A DNA stretch of 32,000 bases from positions 1,650,001-1,682,000 of the forward strand of contig NC_002939.5 of the NCBI RefSeq assembly GCF_000007985.2. Reading direction: 5' to 3'. Positions within the stretch are counted from its first letter, which is position 1, and every line of letters begins with the position of its first letter. The translations under genes were made by a program, and so were the position numbers. The stretch comes from Geobacter sulfurreducens PCA (GTDB taxonomy: Bacteria; Desulfobacterota; Desulfuromonadia; Geobacterales; Geobacteraceae). Below are positions 1 through 8,569 of the stretch, piece by piece. A model generated the notes under the pieces. The model was not told the DNA's origin and searched no databases. It was given only the letters and a program-made list of their open reading frames with translations.

Positions 1-2
1 CC

Positions 3-1202
3 TACACGGCCCTACGCGACGTGCTTACCGATGGGGCGCGTGCGTTCTACCGCCGGTTGTTTTCGCCCGGAACGAGCCAAGCGGACGCACAGGCCGAGGA
101 GTTTTGGGCGCTGAAGGATGTTTCGTTCGAGGTGAAGCAGGGTGATCGAATTGGTATCATCGGCCGCAACGGGGCTGGGAAGTCGACGCTGCTCAAGATA
201 CTGAGCCGTATTACCGAGCCGACAGAGGGGCGCGTCAGGATCAGGGGACGGGTAGCGAGCCTTCTGGAAGTTGGGACCGGCTTTCACCCTGAACTAACCG
301 GACGGGAAAATATTTTTCTGAACGGGGCCATACTCGGTATGAACCGGGCGGAGATCGCCCGCAAGTTTGATGAGATTGTTGCTTTTGCGGAGATTGAGAA
401 GTTTCTCGATACGCCGGTGAAGAGATATTCTTCGGGGATGTACGTACGGCTGGCTTTCGCCGTGGCGGCGCATCTGGAACCAGAGATCCTAATTGTTGAT
501 GAGGTGCTGGCGGTAGGGGATGCACAGTTTCAAAATAAATGTCTTGGCAAGATGGAGGATGTATCGACAAAAGAAGGTAGGACGGTGCTGTTTGTAAGTC
601 ATAATATGGGGGCTATCGACCGATTGTGTACTCGGGCGGTTCTGCTCGAAAGGGGGCGGGTCCGTCTCGCCGACTTCACAAAGCCCGTGATTCAGATGTA
701 CTTGGACAAGGCGAAGAACGCGATATCTGCCTGGAGCTGCTCAACATCAATTCCTGACTTTGATGGGATCTTTTTCGAATCAATTAGCATCGTCAACAAG
801 GACAGAAAGATTGCAGAGGTTTTGCCCTCTAATGAACCATTCTCGATTACCCTTGTGGTCAATGCCACCGCTTCGCTAAAGGGAGTGCAGATCGCCATCA
901 GAATAACCAACGAGCAAGGGATTCCAATTCTCACCACAACCAACTGTGATAAGGCAGGAAAGCTGCAGGAGATCAGCAGGGGGAGGTACCGGTACACAGT
1001 TTCTCTTCCGGCAAGTTTTCTGCCACCTGGGTATTACACGCTGATTGTTGCCTCCTTTGTCCCCGGTGAAAAGCTGTTCGACGGCGTTGAAGACAAGCTT
1101 GGGTTTTGCATCGATGATATGGGCTCGCTTGCGACTCTGATGAAGGATGGTCGGCTAGGAGTTGTGACCCCCCTGATGCCTTGGGACGAGGTTCGTTTAT
1201 GA
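3..1202 (+). CDS. wzt: Polysaccharide/O-antigen ABC exporter ATP-binding protein (Wzt/TagH-like); 5' end truncated by the window
   Basis: The frame is open from the window edge (codon-aligned at nt 3: [11 protein letters not shown]...), so the ATG at 21 is not the true start. Motifs: Walker [10 protein letters not shown] (about nt 160-186), ABC signature [12 protein letters not shown], Walker B ILIVDE. A C-terminal extension of about 165 aa (from about nt 700) has no ABC motifs, as in Wzt proteins. Stop TGA is at 1200-1202. Confidence 0.85.
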   Translation, partial: YTALRDVLTDGARAFYRRLFSPGTSQADAQAEEFWALKDVSFEVKQGDRIGIIGRNGAGKSTLLKILSRITEPTEGRVRIRGRVASLLEVGTGFHPELTGRENIFLNGAILGMNRAEIARKFDEIVAFAEIEKFLDTPVKRYSSGMYVRLAFAVAAHLEPEILIVDEVLAVGDAQFQNKCLGKMEDVSTKEGRTVLFVSHNMGAIDRLCTRAVLLERGRVRLADFTKPVIQMYLDKAKNAISAWSCSTSIPDFDGIFFESISIVNKDRKIAEVLPSNEPFSITLVVNATASLKGVQIAIRITNEQGIPILTTTNCDKAGKLQEISRGRYRYTVSLPASFLPPGYYTLIVASFVPGEKLFDGVEDKLGFCIDDMGSLATLMKDGRLGVVTPLMPWDEVRL

Positions 1203-2158
1203 CTGGCATCGTCACTGCAAATTGGTGGACCTCACTGATATACCGGGTGTTTGTCCGAACAGCCTGTTTACGTGCAGGGAGAGGATTGCTTCCGAATATT
1301 TGGGAGTGGCTGTGGCGCTTGAGTTGCAACATCATTGAAGGGCCAGTTGATATTACCATTCACAACCGCCCCGCCATCGTCAACTTTGGATACACCTATC
1401 CAATTTACATGCGCTGCTACCCCGAACTGAACGCTCCGTTGGTGGAGTTGACCTATCAATGCTGGCGATCACGAGGTACTGCGATTTGCATCGTCGATGT
1501 CGGGGCAGCCGTTGGGGACACCATGCTATTGCTACATTCCAACCTCCCCGAAGCTGTCGGTTCTTTCGTATGTATTGAAGGAGACCAGGAGTTTTACCGT
1601 TACCTCCAACACAATCTGGGGCACATGACGGAGGGAAGACTAATTAATGTCGTGGTGGCCGACCAGGAGACTGAGGTCTCGGATCTGGTCAGGATTCATA
1701 CCGGCACCGCGAGCGCCCAAGGGGAGAGGACCCGTGGCGCAAGTACCCTGTCTGCGGTAGTTACGGAAGAGATTGACCTGATTAAAATTGATGTCGATGG
1801 CTTCGATGGGCGGGTGTTGCTTGGCGCAGAAGACTTACTGAAACGCTGCCGTCCGTTGGTGATTTTTGAGTGGCATCCCAGCCTCTGTCGCCAAACTGGG
1901 AACAACTGGACCGATCATTTTGATGTCCTCGCGCGTTGTGGCTACTCCCGGTGCCTGTGGTTCACAAAATTTGGTCACTTCAGCCACTTCAGTTTCGGCC
2001 ACTGCCGCGAGGAGATCGATACCCTCGCCGAGTACTGTATGAGTGACGTAGTGAAGGACTGGCATTACGACGTGATCGCCTTACACGATGACAGCGATCT
2101 TTCTCTGCTGCTGCTTTCGCAACTGGGGTTTGCGAAGGCCAGGCCGTCCCGGTACTGA
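1199..2158 (+). CDS. FkbM-family SAM-dependent methyltransferase
   Basis: The SAM-binding-like motif [11 protein letters not shown] and the [19 protein letters not shown] block are typical of FkbM-type methyltransferases. I chose the ATG at 1199 because it forms an ATGA overlap with the wzt stop; the track start at 1181 is in frame 18 nt upstream. Confidence 0.8.
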   Translation: MTGIVTANWWTSLIYRVFVRTACLRAGRGLLPNIWEWLWRLSCNIIEGPVDITIHNRPAIVNFGYTYPIYMRCYPELNAPLVELTYQCWRSRGTAICIVDVGAAVGDTMLLLHSNLPEAVGSFVCIEGDQEFYRYLQHNLGHMTEGRLINVVVADQETEVSDLVRIHTGTASAQGERTRGASTLSAVVTEEIDLIKIDVDGFDGRVLLGAEDLLKRCRPLVIFEWHPSLCRQTGNNWTDHFDVLARCGYSRCLWFTKFGHFSHFSFGHCREEIDTLAEYCMSDVVKDWHYDVIALHDDSDLSLLLLSQLGFAKARPSRY

Positions 2159-3192
2159 TGATGTCACATTTGATTCATAGGGTTACGGAGCGATTGGAAT
2201 ATCTGTTCCTGCGAATCTGGTGTCTGAAGATGCTTTGCAAGATGAGACGAGAAGGAAGAAGGGTGATCGTCATAACCTTGCTTGAACATCTCGGTGATAT
2301 CGTGGCGTGCGAACCAGTGGCCAGGTATGTGAGGAGCCAAGAACCTAACTCCTTCCTGATATGGTTTGTATCACCGACCTACCGGGAGATTGTCGAAACC
2401 TACGCCTCGTTGGACAGGGTCAGGACGATCAACTGTATTACTTCTTGGTCCAGACTTCGCAGATCAGTCCGATTCGACCGGGTTGTTGATCTCCATATCG
2501 ATGGGCGTGTCTGTCCCACCTGCCGGATCCCTCACGGCAATTTTGATGGCGACCGCTCCATTAACCTGAGCAACTACTTTTATTATGGGTCGCTATTAGG
2601 TAGCTTTTGCAAAGCTGCCGGCCTTCCGGCGCTGGACGACCAGCCAGTTTTGCACCTTCCAAAGCGAGTCAAGGGCTGTGTCGCTTCTCTGCGCCTTGCC
2701 GAGCAGTATCTAGTAATACATTGTAATTCAAATGAACTATGCAAGGACTGGAGCTCACAGAAGTGGAACAAATTATTAGACCGCCTCGCCTTGGACGACA
2801 TCAAGGTAATTGAGGTAGGCTTACAGTCCGATCTTGGTCGTAGTCAGTCTGAACACTACATTGACCTCTGCGGGAAGCTCTCTCTTCTGGAGACGGCAGA
2901 GGTGATTCGGGGATCCAAGCTCTTTGTCGGGATCGACAGTGGTCCTGCGCATATTGCTAATGCCGTTGGGACGTATGGAATAATTCTTCTTGGTCAATAC
3001 AGGGCCTTCAATTGTTACCAACCTTACAGTGGAGCGTTTGCAGATGGCAGCATGGCCTCTGTGATTTATAGTAAAAGTCACGTTCGGGATATTTCAGTGA
3101 ACACAGTATACCAGGAGATAAGCCGTGTGCTTACTCTCTCTGCCACCTTATCGGCTGTGGCTTCTAACAACAAAAGCAGGGCTAATGCATAG
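2158..3192 (+). CDS. Glycosyltransferase family 9 (heptosyltransferase-like)
   Basis: The N-terminal IVITLLEHLGDIVACEPV and C-terminal LLETAEVIRGSKLFVGIDSGPAHIANAVGTYGIILLG blocks are the characteristic GT9 signatures. The start ATG overlaps the previous stop (TGATG, 2156-2160). Internal ATGs at 2230 and 2242 are possible alternative starts. Confidence 0.75.
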   Translation: MMSHLIHRVTERLEYLFLRIWCLKMLCKMRREGRRVIVITLLEHLGDIVACEPVARYVRSQEPNSFLIWFVSPTYREIVETYASLDRVRTINCITSWSRLRRSVRFDRVVDLHIDGRVCPTCRIPHGNFDGDRSINLSNYFYYGSLLGSFCKAAGLPALDDQPVLHLPKRVKGCVASLRLAEQYLVIHCNSNELCKDWSSQKWNKLLDRLALDDIKVIEVGLQSDLGRSQSEHYIDLCGKLSLLETAEVIRGSKLFVGIDSGPAHIANAVGTYGIILLGQYRAFNCYQPYSGAFADGSMASVIYSKSHVRDISVNTVYQEISRVLTLSATLSAVASNNKSRANA

Positions 3193-3258
3193 ATTGCATT
3201 CTATTTTCACAGCATCACCCCGTGCTCGAAAATGATCTCTGTGGGGAAAGGGAAAATC

Positions 3259-4377
3259 ATGATTACTCCCGACCACAATATTATCAAACCTATCGCTATC
3301 GTATTACCCCAGTTCCATCCCATTCGAGAAAACAATTTATGGTGGGGCGAAGGTTTCACCGAATGGACTAATGTCGTTAAGGGGCGACCGCGTTTCCGGG
3401 GACATTACCAGCCTCATTTGCCGAAAGATCTTGGCTACTATGACTTGCGACTACCTGAAACACGCAAAGCGCAAGCTGCTCTCGCAACAAAATACGGCAT
3501 CTATGGTTTTTGCTATTATCATTACTGGTTTAATGGTCGCCGTATTCTCGAAAGTCCTGTTGACGCAATGTTAGAATCAGGCGAGCCAGATTTCCCCTTC
3601 ATGCTTTGCTGGGCAAATGAAAATTGGACGAGAAATTGGGATGGAAGTTATAATAAGGTTCTGTTGGAACAAAAGTATTCTAAGGAAGACTTTGTTAATC
3701 ATGCACGCCATTTGATAAGATACTTTAAGGATGACCGCTACATAAAAATTGATGGTAGACCTGTTTTTGCAATCTATAAGGATGACATAGGAGAAGATAT
3801 TGAGAAATATCTTCTCCTATTTCGCAATGAATTGCTTAAAAATTCTATCAACGTATTTTTGTGCAGATTCGAAAGAAATATCGGGACAAGTAGGGACTTA
3901 AATAGAGCTTTTCAAGTTTTTGATGCAGGTATCGAATTTCAGCCTCTTGCTAGGCAATTTTCTTATTTGATCAATTATAATAATAGATTAAGTAGACGCA
4001 TTTACAAGACGTTAAAAAAGCACTTCTGCTTCTGTAAGAATATTGATGATGTATATGTATATTCACATTTGGTAGATAATGACCTTAAATATGATTTTCA
4101 GCAAGGATGGCCAATTTTTCCAGGAGTATGTCCTGGATGGGATAACTCTGCTCGTCGCAGAGATACTACAGCGATAATATTCGATAAATCAACTCCTGAA
4201 ATCTTTAAACTATGGGTTCGTGAGAAAATTAGAATAACAGATTGGAATTTGCTTCCAGAAAGATTTCTTTTTGTAAACGCTTGGAATGAGTGGGCTGAGG
4301 GTAACCATCTTGAACCTTGCGAAAAGTGGGGTACACAGTATCTGGCTGCTCTTCAGGCGGGCATCAATGAAATGTGA
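3259..4377 (+). CDS. WbsX-family glycosyltransferase-like LPS biosynthesis protein
   Basis: LPQFHPIRENNLWWGEGFTEWTNV near the N-terminus and NAWNEWAEGNHLEP near the C-terminus are hallmark WbsX-family motifs. I prefer the ATG at 3259 because it follows an AGGGA-like SD; the track start at 3232 is in frame with no SD. The gene is very AT-rich. Confidence 0.8.
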   Translation: MITPDHNIIKPIAIVLPQFHPIRENNLWWGEGFTEWTNVVKGRPRFRGHYQPHLPKDLGYYDLRLPETRKAQAALATKYGIYGFCYYHYWFNGRRILESPVDAMLESGEPDFPFMLCWANENWTRNWDGSYNKVLLEQKYSKEDFVNHARHLIRYFKDDRYIKIDGRPVFAIYKDDIGEDIEKYLLLFRNELLKNSINVFLCRFERNIGTSRDLNRAFQVFDAGIEFQPLARQFSYLINYNNRLSRRIYKTLKKHFCFCKNIDDVYVYSHLVDNDLKYDFQQGWPIFPGVCPGWDNSARRRDTTAIIFDKSTPEIFKLWVREKIRITDWNLLPERFLFVNAWNEWAEGNHLEPCEKWGTQYLAALQAGINEM

Positions 4378-4384
4378 GTCTATT

Positions 4385-5380
4385 ATGCGACCTAAAGTAT
4401 CTGTTGCATTAGCAACGTATAATGGTGAGAAGTATATTGAAGAGCAGCTTGAGAGTATTATTAAACAAACTAGGGCGCCTGATGAGTTAGTTATATGTGA
4501 CGATTGCTCTAATGATGAAACAATAAATATAATAACTAAAAAAATTAAAAATGCGCATTTTGATGTTAAACTAGTTTCGAATGATAAAAATATTGGATAT
4601 GTACAGAATTTTTCAAAAGCTCTTGAGATGTCCTCTGGTGATATCGTTTTCTTGTGCGATCAGGACGACGTATGGCTTAGTGACAAAATAGAATTTATTA
4701 TAAATAAATTCAACACTCGACCTGATATTCAGTTGCTTATCCATGATGTTGATTATTGTAAAGAAGATTTAACACCAATAGGACAAACTAAATTACAAAG
4801 GATGGAATCTAACTTTGATATTGAGTCGGATTATGTTGTTGGGATGGCAACAGCAGTACGTAGATCATTTTTAGTACACTGTTTGCCCGTGCCGAGTGCT
4901 CCAGAGGTCACCCATGACAAATGGTTGCATGATTGTGCTCGAGTACTCGGTTGCAAGGGAATTGTTAGGGAAGTATTGGCTCTTTATCGACGCCACTCCT
5001 TGAACGTGACAGCACCATCTCGTCTCAATGTAGATTTTGTTACTACCAGGCACTATTTTGGTAATGAATCTCTAGCGTTTCTGAAATTGTTTAGAATGGA
5101 AACCGATTTGGGAAGTCCTGACATTTCACCTCTCGTTCAATGGTTGGATTCACGAAAAATGGTTCTGCTGGACAACGGGTTTTCTTCAGAAGATCGAATC
5201 AATACGTTTATTCAGTATGAGGAAAAGAGACTTCGTGCTAGGAATTCACGTCAAAGCATATTGAGGCTTGATCGCTGGAAACGATTATTTCCGATTTATG
5301 ATTTGTACCGGTCTGGTGGCTATCATTATTACTGTGGTTGGAAAAGTGCATTGAAAGATCTCTTACGTACTTATGCTTAA
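4385..5380 (+). CDS. Glycosyltransferase family 2
   Basis: VSVALATYNGEKYIEEQLESIIKQT, then ELVICDDCSND and FLCDQDDVW (DxD-type), is the GT2 N-terminal fold pattern. The track start at 4286 lies inside the upstream gene. ATG 4385 (or ATG 4367) is the plausible start. GC is about 33% in spot counts. Confidence 0.8.
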   Translation: MRPKVSVALATYNGEKYIEEQLESIIKQTRAPDELVICDDCSNDETINIITKKIKNAHFDVKLVSNDKNIGYVQNFSKALEMSSGDIVFLCDQDDVWLSDKIEFIINKFNTRPDIQLLIHDVDYCKEDLTPIGQTKLQRMESNFDIESDYVVGMATAVRRSFLVHCLPVPSAPEVTHDKWLHDCARVLGCKGIVREVLALYRRHSLNVTAPSRLNVDFVTTRHYFGNESLAFLKLFRMETDLGSPDISPLVQWLDSRKMVLLDNGFSSEDRINTFIQYEEKRLRARNSRQSILRLDRWKRLFPIYDLYRSGGYHYYCGWKSALKDLLRTYA

Positions 5381-5497
5381 TGTTTAGATTTGCAATAAAT
5401 TTAAGAGTTATGAGTGATTATTTATCACAAATAGGCTATTTCCCCTATTTCAATTTGAACAGCCTGCTTGGCTTGATTTCTTGGCTGGAAGAATCTG

Positions 5498-6451
5498 ATG
5501 ACTTTGATCGGTAGCGGGATGTCCCACCATAATCCTCTGGTTTCTGTCGTCATTCCGAGCAAGAATAGACCAGATCTCGTTATCGCTACGTTAGTGAGCG
5601 TTATTGATCAAACCTACGATAACATAGAGATAATTGTGGTTGACGATGGTTCCGATATGCCATTGGCTCCGCTTCTGAAAGACAGATTTAGCGATAGAGT
5701 GCTGTGTCTGAGGAATGACCAATCGCTTGGTGGGGCTGTTGCTCGCAATCGTGGAGCACAAAGTGCCCACGGTGATTATATCACGTTCCTGGATGATGAC
5801 GATTTGTGGTTGCCGAAAAAGCTTGAGATGCAGGTTGATGCTTTTTCGAAACACGGCGTTGATATTGGAGTAGTTTACTGCGGTTTTGATTTTCTGTGCA
5901 AAGAAGAGATAGTGCCTCGCCAGAACAAGTTTCATAATGATTATGATCTGAGCATCGCTGTCTTGTCAGGATGCCCCTTCGGGTCGCCGACTCCTCTGAT
6001 AAGAAAGCACTATTTCGATATGGTCGGAGGTTTCGACAGGGAATTGCCTTCCTGCCAGGATTGGGACCTCTGGATCCGACTGTCTAAGGTGTGTGGGTTC
6101 TACCCTGTCAAGGAGTCGTTGGCGCTGTATAGAGTACATGGGGATCAAATCTCTACGAACCTCCGGAAAAAAATCGACGGAAGAAAAATGGTTCTAGCCA
6201 AGCATTATGATGAGATCAAGAACTATCCTCGTGTGTTGTCGGCTCACTATAGCCGGATCGGATCGTTGTGTGTCCTTGCCGATGAACATGTCGAGGCACG
6301 AGATTTTTTTTCTAAAGCCCTGGCAAGTAATATGTTCGATGGTGGCAGTTTCGTTCATCTGGTATTGCAGTTTCTGTGCAGACCCTTGGAAAAATGGCTT
6401 ATCGAACGCTTCAGCGTCAATACTATAGATGGCATCAAGGTGATACACTAG
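5498..6451 (+). CDS. Glycosyltransferase family 2
   Basis: VSVVIPSKNRPDLVIATLVSVIDQTYDNIEIIVVDDGSD and FLDDDDLW are GT2 signatures. An alternative start is ATG 5519. Confidence 0.8.
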   Translation: MTLIGSGMSHHNPLVSVVIPSKNRPDLVIATLVSVIDQTYDNIEIIVVDDGSDMPLAPLLKDRFSDRVLCLRNDQSLGGAVARNRGAQSAHGDYITFLDDDDLWLPKKLEMQVDAFSKHGVDIGVVYCGFDFLCKEEIVPRQNKFHNDYDLSIAVLSGCPFGSPTPLIRKHYFDMVGGFDRELPSCQDWDLWIRLSKVCGFYPVKESLALYRVHGDQISTNLRKKIDGRKMVLAKHYDEIKNYPRVLSAHYSRIGSLCVLADEHVEARDFFSKALASNMFDGGSFVHLVLQFLCRPLEKWLIERFSVNTIDGIKVIH

Positions 6452-6452
6452 C

Positions 6453-7247
6453 TTGCCAAGGTTCAGCGTCGTCATACCCTGCTTCAACCAGGGGGAATAC
6501 GTAAACGAGGCGATAGCGTCGGTATTGAATCAGTCGTGTGACGACTACGAGATTATCGTGGTGGATGACGGTTCCACCGACCAGGCAACGGTGACAGTGC
6601 TGGACAGACTCGATCACTCTGGCGTAAAGTTGGTCCGAACCTCAAATCAAGGTCTTGCTGCGGCGCGGAACAACGGCATAACTGCAGCATGCGCTGAATT
6701 TATTCTGCCGCTCGATGCTGATGATCGCATTGGTCCTGCCTACCTCGAAAGAGCAGGAGCGATTCTTGGCTCACATCCTGAAGTCGGGTTCGTCTATTGT
6801 CTGGCTGAGTTGTTTGACGGTGCGCGCGGAAAATTTTATCTGAACAACGCTTCCTTGGAGGATATGCTGTGGGACAGTCGAGTGTTCTGCAGTGCACTTT
6901 TCAGGAAGTCCGACTGGGCCGCTGTAGGCGGCTACAATAGTAATATGGTATATGGCTGGGAGGATTGGGACTTCTGGTTATCGTTGCTTGAACTGGGTAA
7001 GACGCCTTATATGATAGAAGAGGTGATGTTTTTTTATAGGGTAAAGCACAATTCAATGATACGTTCCATGACATTAGATAATAAGATAGCAATGCACCAA
7101 CAGCTTTATAATAACCACCGTAGACTATACGGCAAAATAGATGATATTGACTTTGAGAAATATCATCGTCGTAGAGGAACTGTCAGGTATAAACTTATTG
7201 AGCATATTAAAAAGCTAATGTTCAATGCCAGATATTGGAATAAATAA
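6453..7247 (+). CDS. Glycosyltransferase family 2
   Basis: FSVVIPCFNQGEYVNEAIASVLNQSCDDYEIIVVDDGSTD and PLDADD are GT2 signatures. The only start adjacent to the conserved N-terminus is TTG 6453, 1 nt after the previous stop, with AAGGTGA 9 nt upstream. Confidence 0.78.
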   Translation: MPRFSVVIPCFNQGEYVNEAIASVLNQSCDDYEIIVVDDGSTDQATVTVLDRLDHSGVKLVRTSNQGLAAARNNGITAACAEFILPLDADDRIGPAYLERAGAILGSHPEVGFVYCLAELFDGARGKFYLNNASLEDMLWDSRVFCSALFRKSDWAAVGGYNSNMVYGWEDWDFWLSLLELGKTPYMIEEVMFFYRVKHNSMIRSMTLDNKIAMHQQLYNNHRRLYGKIDDIDFEKYHRRRGTVRYKLIEHIKKLMFNARYWNK

Positions 7248-7375
7248 ATGATGACATCTGCTGTAAGATTTATTACGTATATCTCACGCACTACCTTTTA
7301 CCATCTGCCGGAATGCATCAAATTGGCAATTATTAAATCAATAAATAATTGTTTGATGTTTGTCTATTCAAGAAA

Positions 7376-8497
7376 ATGAATATTCTTTACGCAACATGCT
7401 TTCTGGATGTTAGCGGTGTTACCAGATTGAATTATGATATTCTGGCGAGACTTGCCGGGAAGAATAATATCTATGTCTGCGAAACAGCAAGTGATGGAAG
7501 GCTTACTTCAAAGCTGGAAAACCACTTCAGGGATAGCTTTGGTGAACCTTTCAAGTTGTTTCGATACCCTCTCCAAGACAGATATCGACGATTTTTAGAG
7601 TATTTGGATAGTAATGCCATAGATTTGGTTTTTAATACTCACTCTCTTTGGGTTTATGAGCATATTGCCAAGCTCAAGAAAGATCGTAGCAATCTTAAAG
7701 TCGTCGACTCTCTCCATGTGCTCGAACCGTATTGTTTCCGTGGGGGATACCCTGATATCAGTGCAAATAGATATGTACACCCTTTTATAGACAAGAGCAT
7801 TGTTATATCCGAACACCTCTTGTCTTACATAAAGCGATCTTATTCAGTTGATCCTGGCAAATTCATCATTATTCGGAATGGGGTCGATACAACTCGTTTC
7901 AAGAAGGATTCTTCGCTTAAAGGAATTTTCAGAAACGAGCTCGGAGTTCCAGCTAATTTCCCTTTGATCGGCTACATTGGCCGCTTTTCTCGACAAAAAA
8001 GGCCCGATGTGTTTCTTGATGTAGCTAAGCATCTATTGGGGAAGCTCGGGGAGGTTTATTTCTATATGGCTGGAGACGGCGATCTTCTTGATAAATCCAA
8101 AAAACTTGCAGATAGCTTGGGAATTTCCAATCGAGTTAGTTTTGTTGCGCCGCGAGACGATATACATATCGTATTAAATTCAACGGACATGTTAGTACTA
8201 ACTTCATCGTACGAGGGAGCCCCACTTACTATTCTAGAGGCATTGGCAACTGGCGTTCCGGTTGTTGCATCAGATGTCGGAGCCATTTCAGAATACGTGG
8301 GGACGCCATATGTTGTTCAACGGCAAGGCAGAGGGGCAGAAGTCGATCAATTTGCTGAAGCTATTTTACGTGGACTTAATGATAATTATCCATCAATATT
8401 CGACCGGGAAATATTCAGCCTTGATTATGTTGCTGATAGTTATGCTCGGGTCTTTTATGATACGGCAGTTCGGACAAGTACCACACAAGAGAACTGA
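7376..8497 (+). CDS. Glycosyltransferase family 4 (group 1)
   Basis: GRFSRQKRPDVFLD and SSYEGAPLTILEALATGVPVVASDVGAISEYV match the GT4 E-x7-E region. I prefer ATG 7376 (MNILYAT...) over the in-frame TTG at 7349. Confidence 0.85.
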   Translation: MNILYATCFLDVSGVTRLNYDILARLAGKNNIYVCETASDGRLTSKLENHFRDSFGEPFKLFRYPLQDRYRRFLEYLDSNAIDLVFNTHSLWVYEHIAKLKKDRSNLKVVDSLHVLEPYCFRGGYPDISANRYVHPFIDKSIVISEHLLSYIKRSYSVDPGKFIIIRNGVDTTRFKKDSSLKGIFRNELGVPANFPLIGYIGRFSRQKRPDVFLDVAKHLLGKLGEVYFYMAGDGDLLDKSKKLADSLGISNRVSFVAPRDDIHIVLNSTDMLVLTSSYEGAPLTILEALATGVPVVASDVGAISEYVGTPYVVQRQGRGAEVDQFAEAILRGLNDNYPSIFDREIFSLDYVADSYARVFYDTAVRTSTTQEN

Positions 8498-8569
8498 GAT
8501 AGGGAATGTACTCATCTGCTGGGCATGAAACGTATCCTTGTCACCGCGAGCAAAATCGAGTGAGAGCCA

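Noticed and set aside
4286-4384. ORF-track N-terminal extensions (e.g. 4286, 1181, 7349, 12123, 14568, 15295, 18918, 23141, 29257)
   Set aside because: Each extension overlaps the upstream gene or a terminator or leader, and lies upstream of where homologues begin. I chose the downstream starts with SD support or stop-start overlap instead.
6304-6311. T8 homopolymer inside a GT2 gene (also A7 at 6165-6171 and T7 near 7030) as phase-variation switches
   Set aside because: The tracts are short for slipped-strand switching and are expected by chance in AT-rich DNA. All the reading frames are intact.
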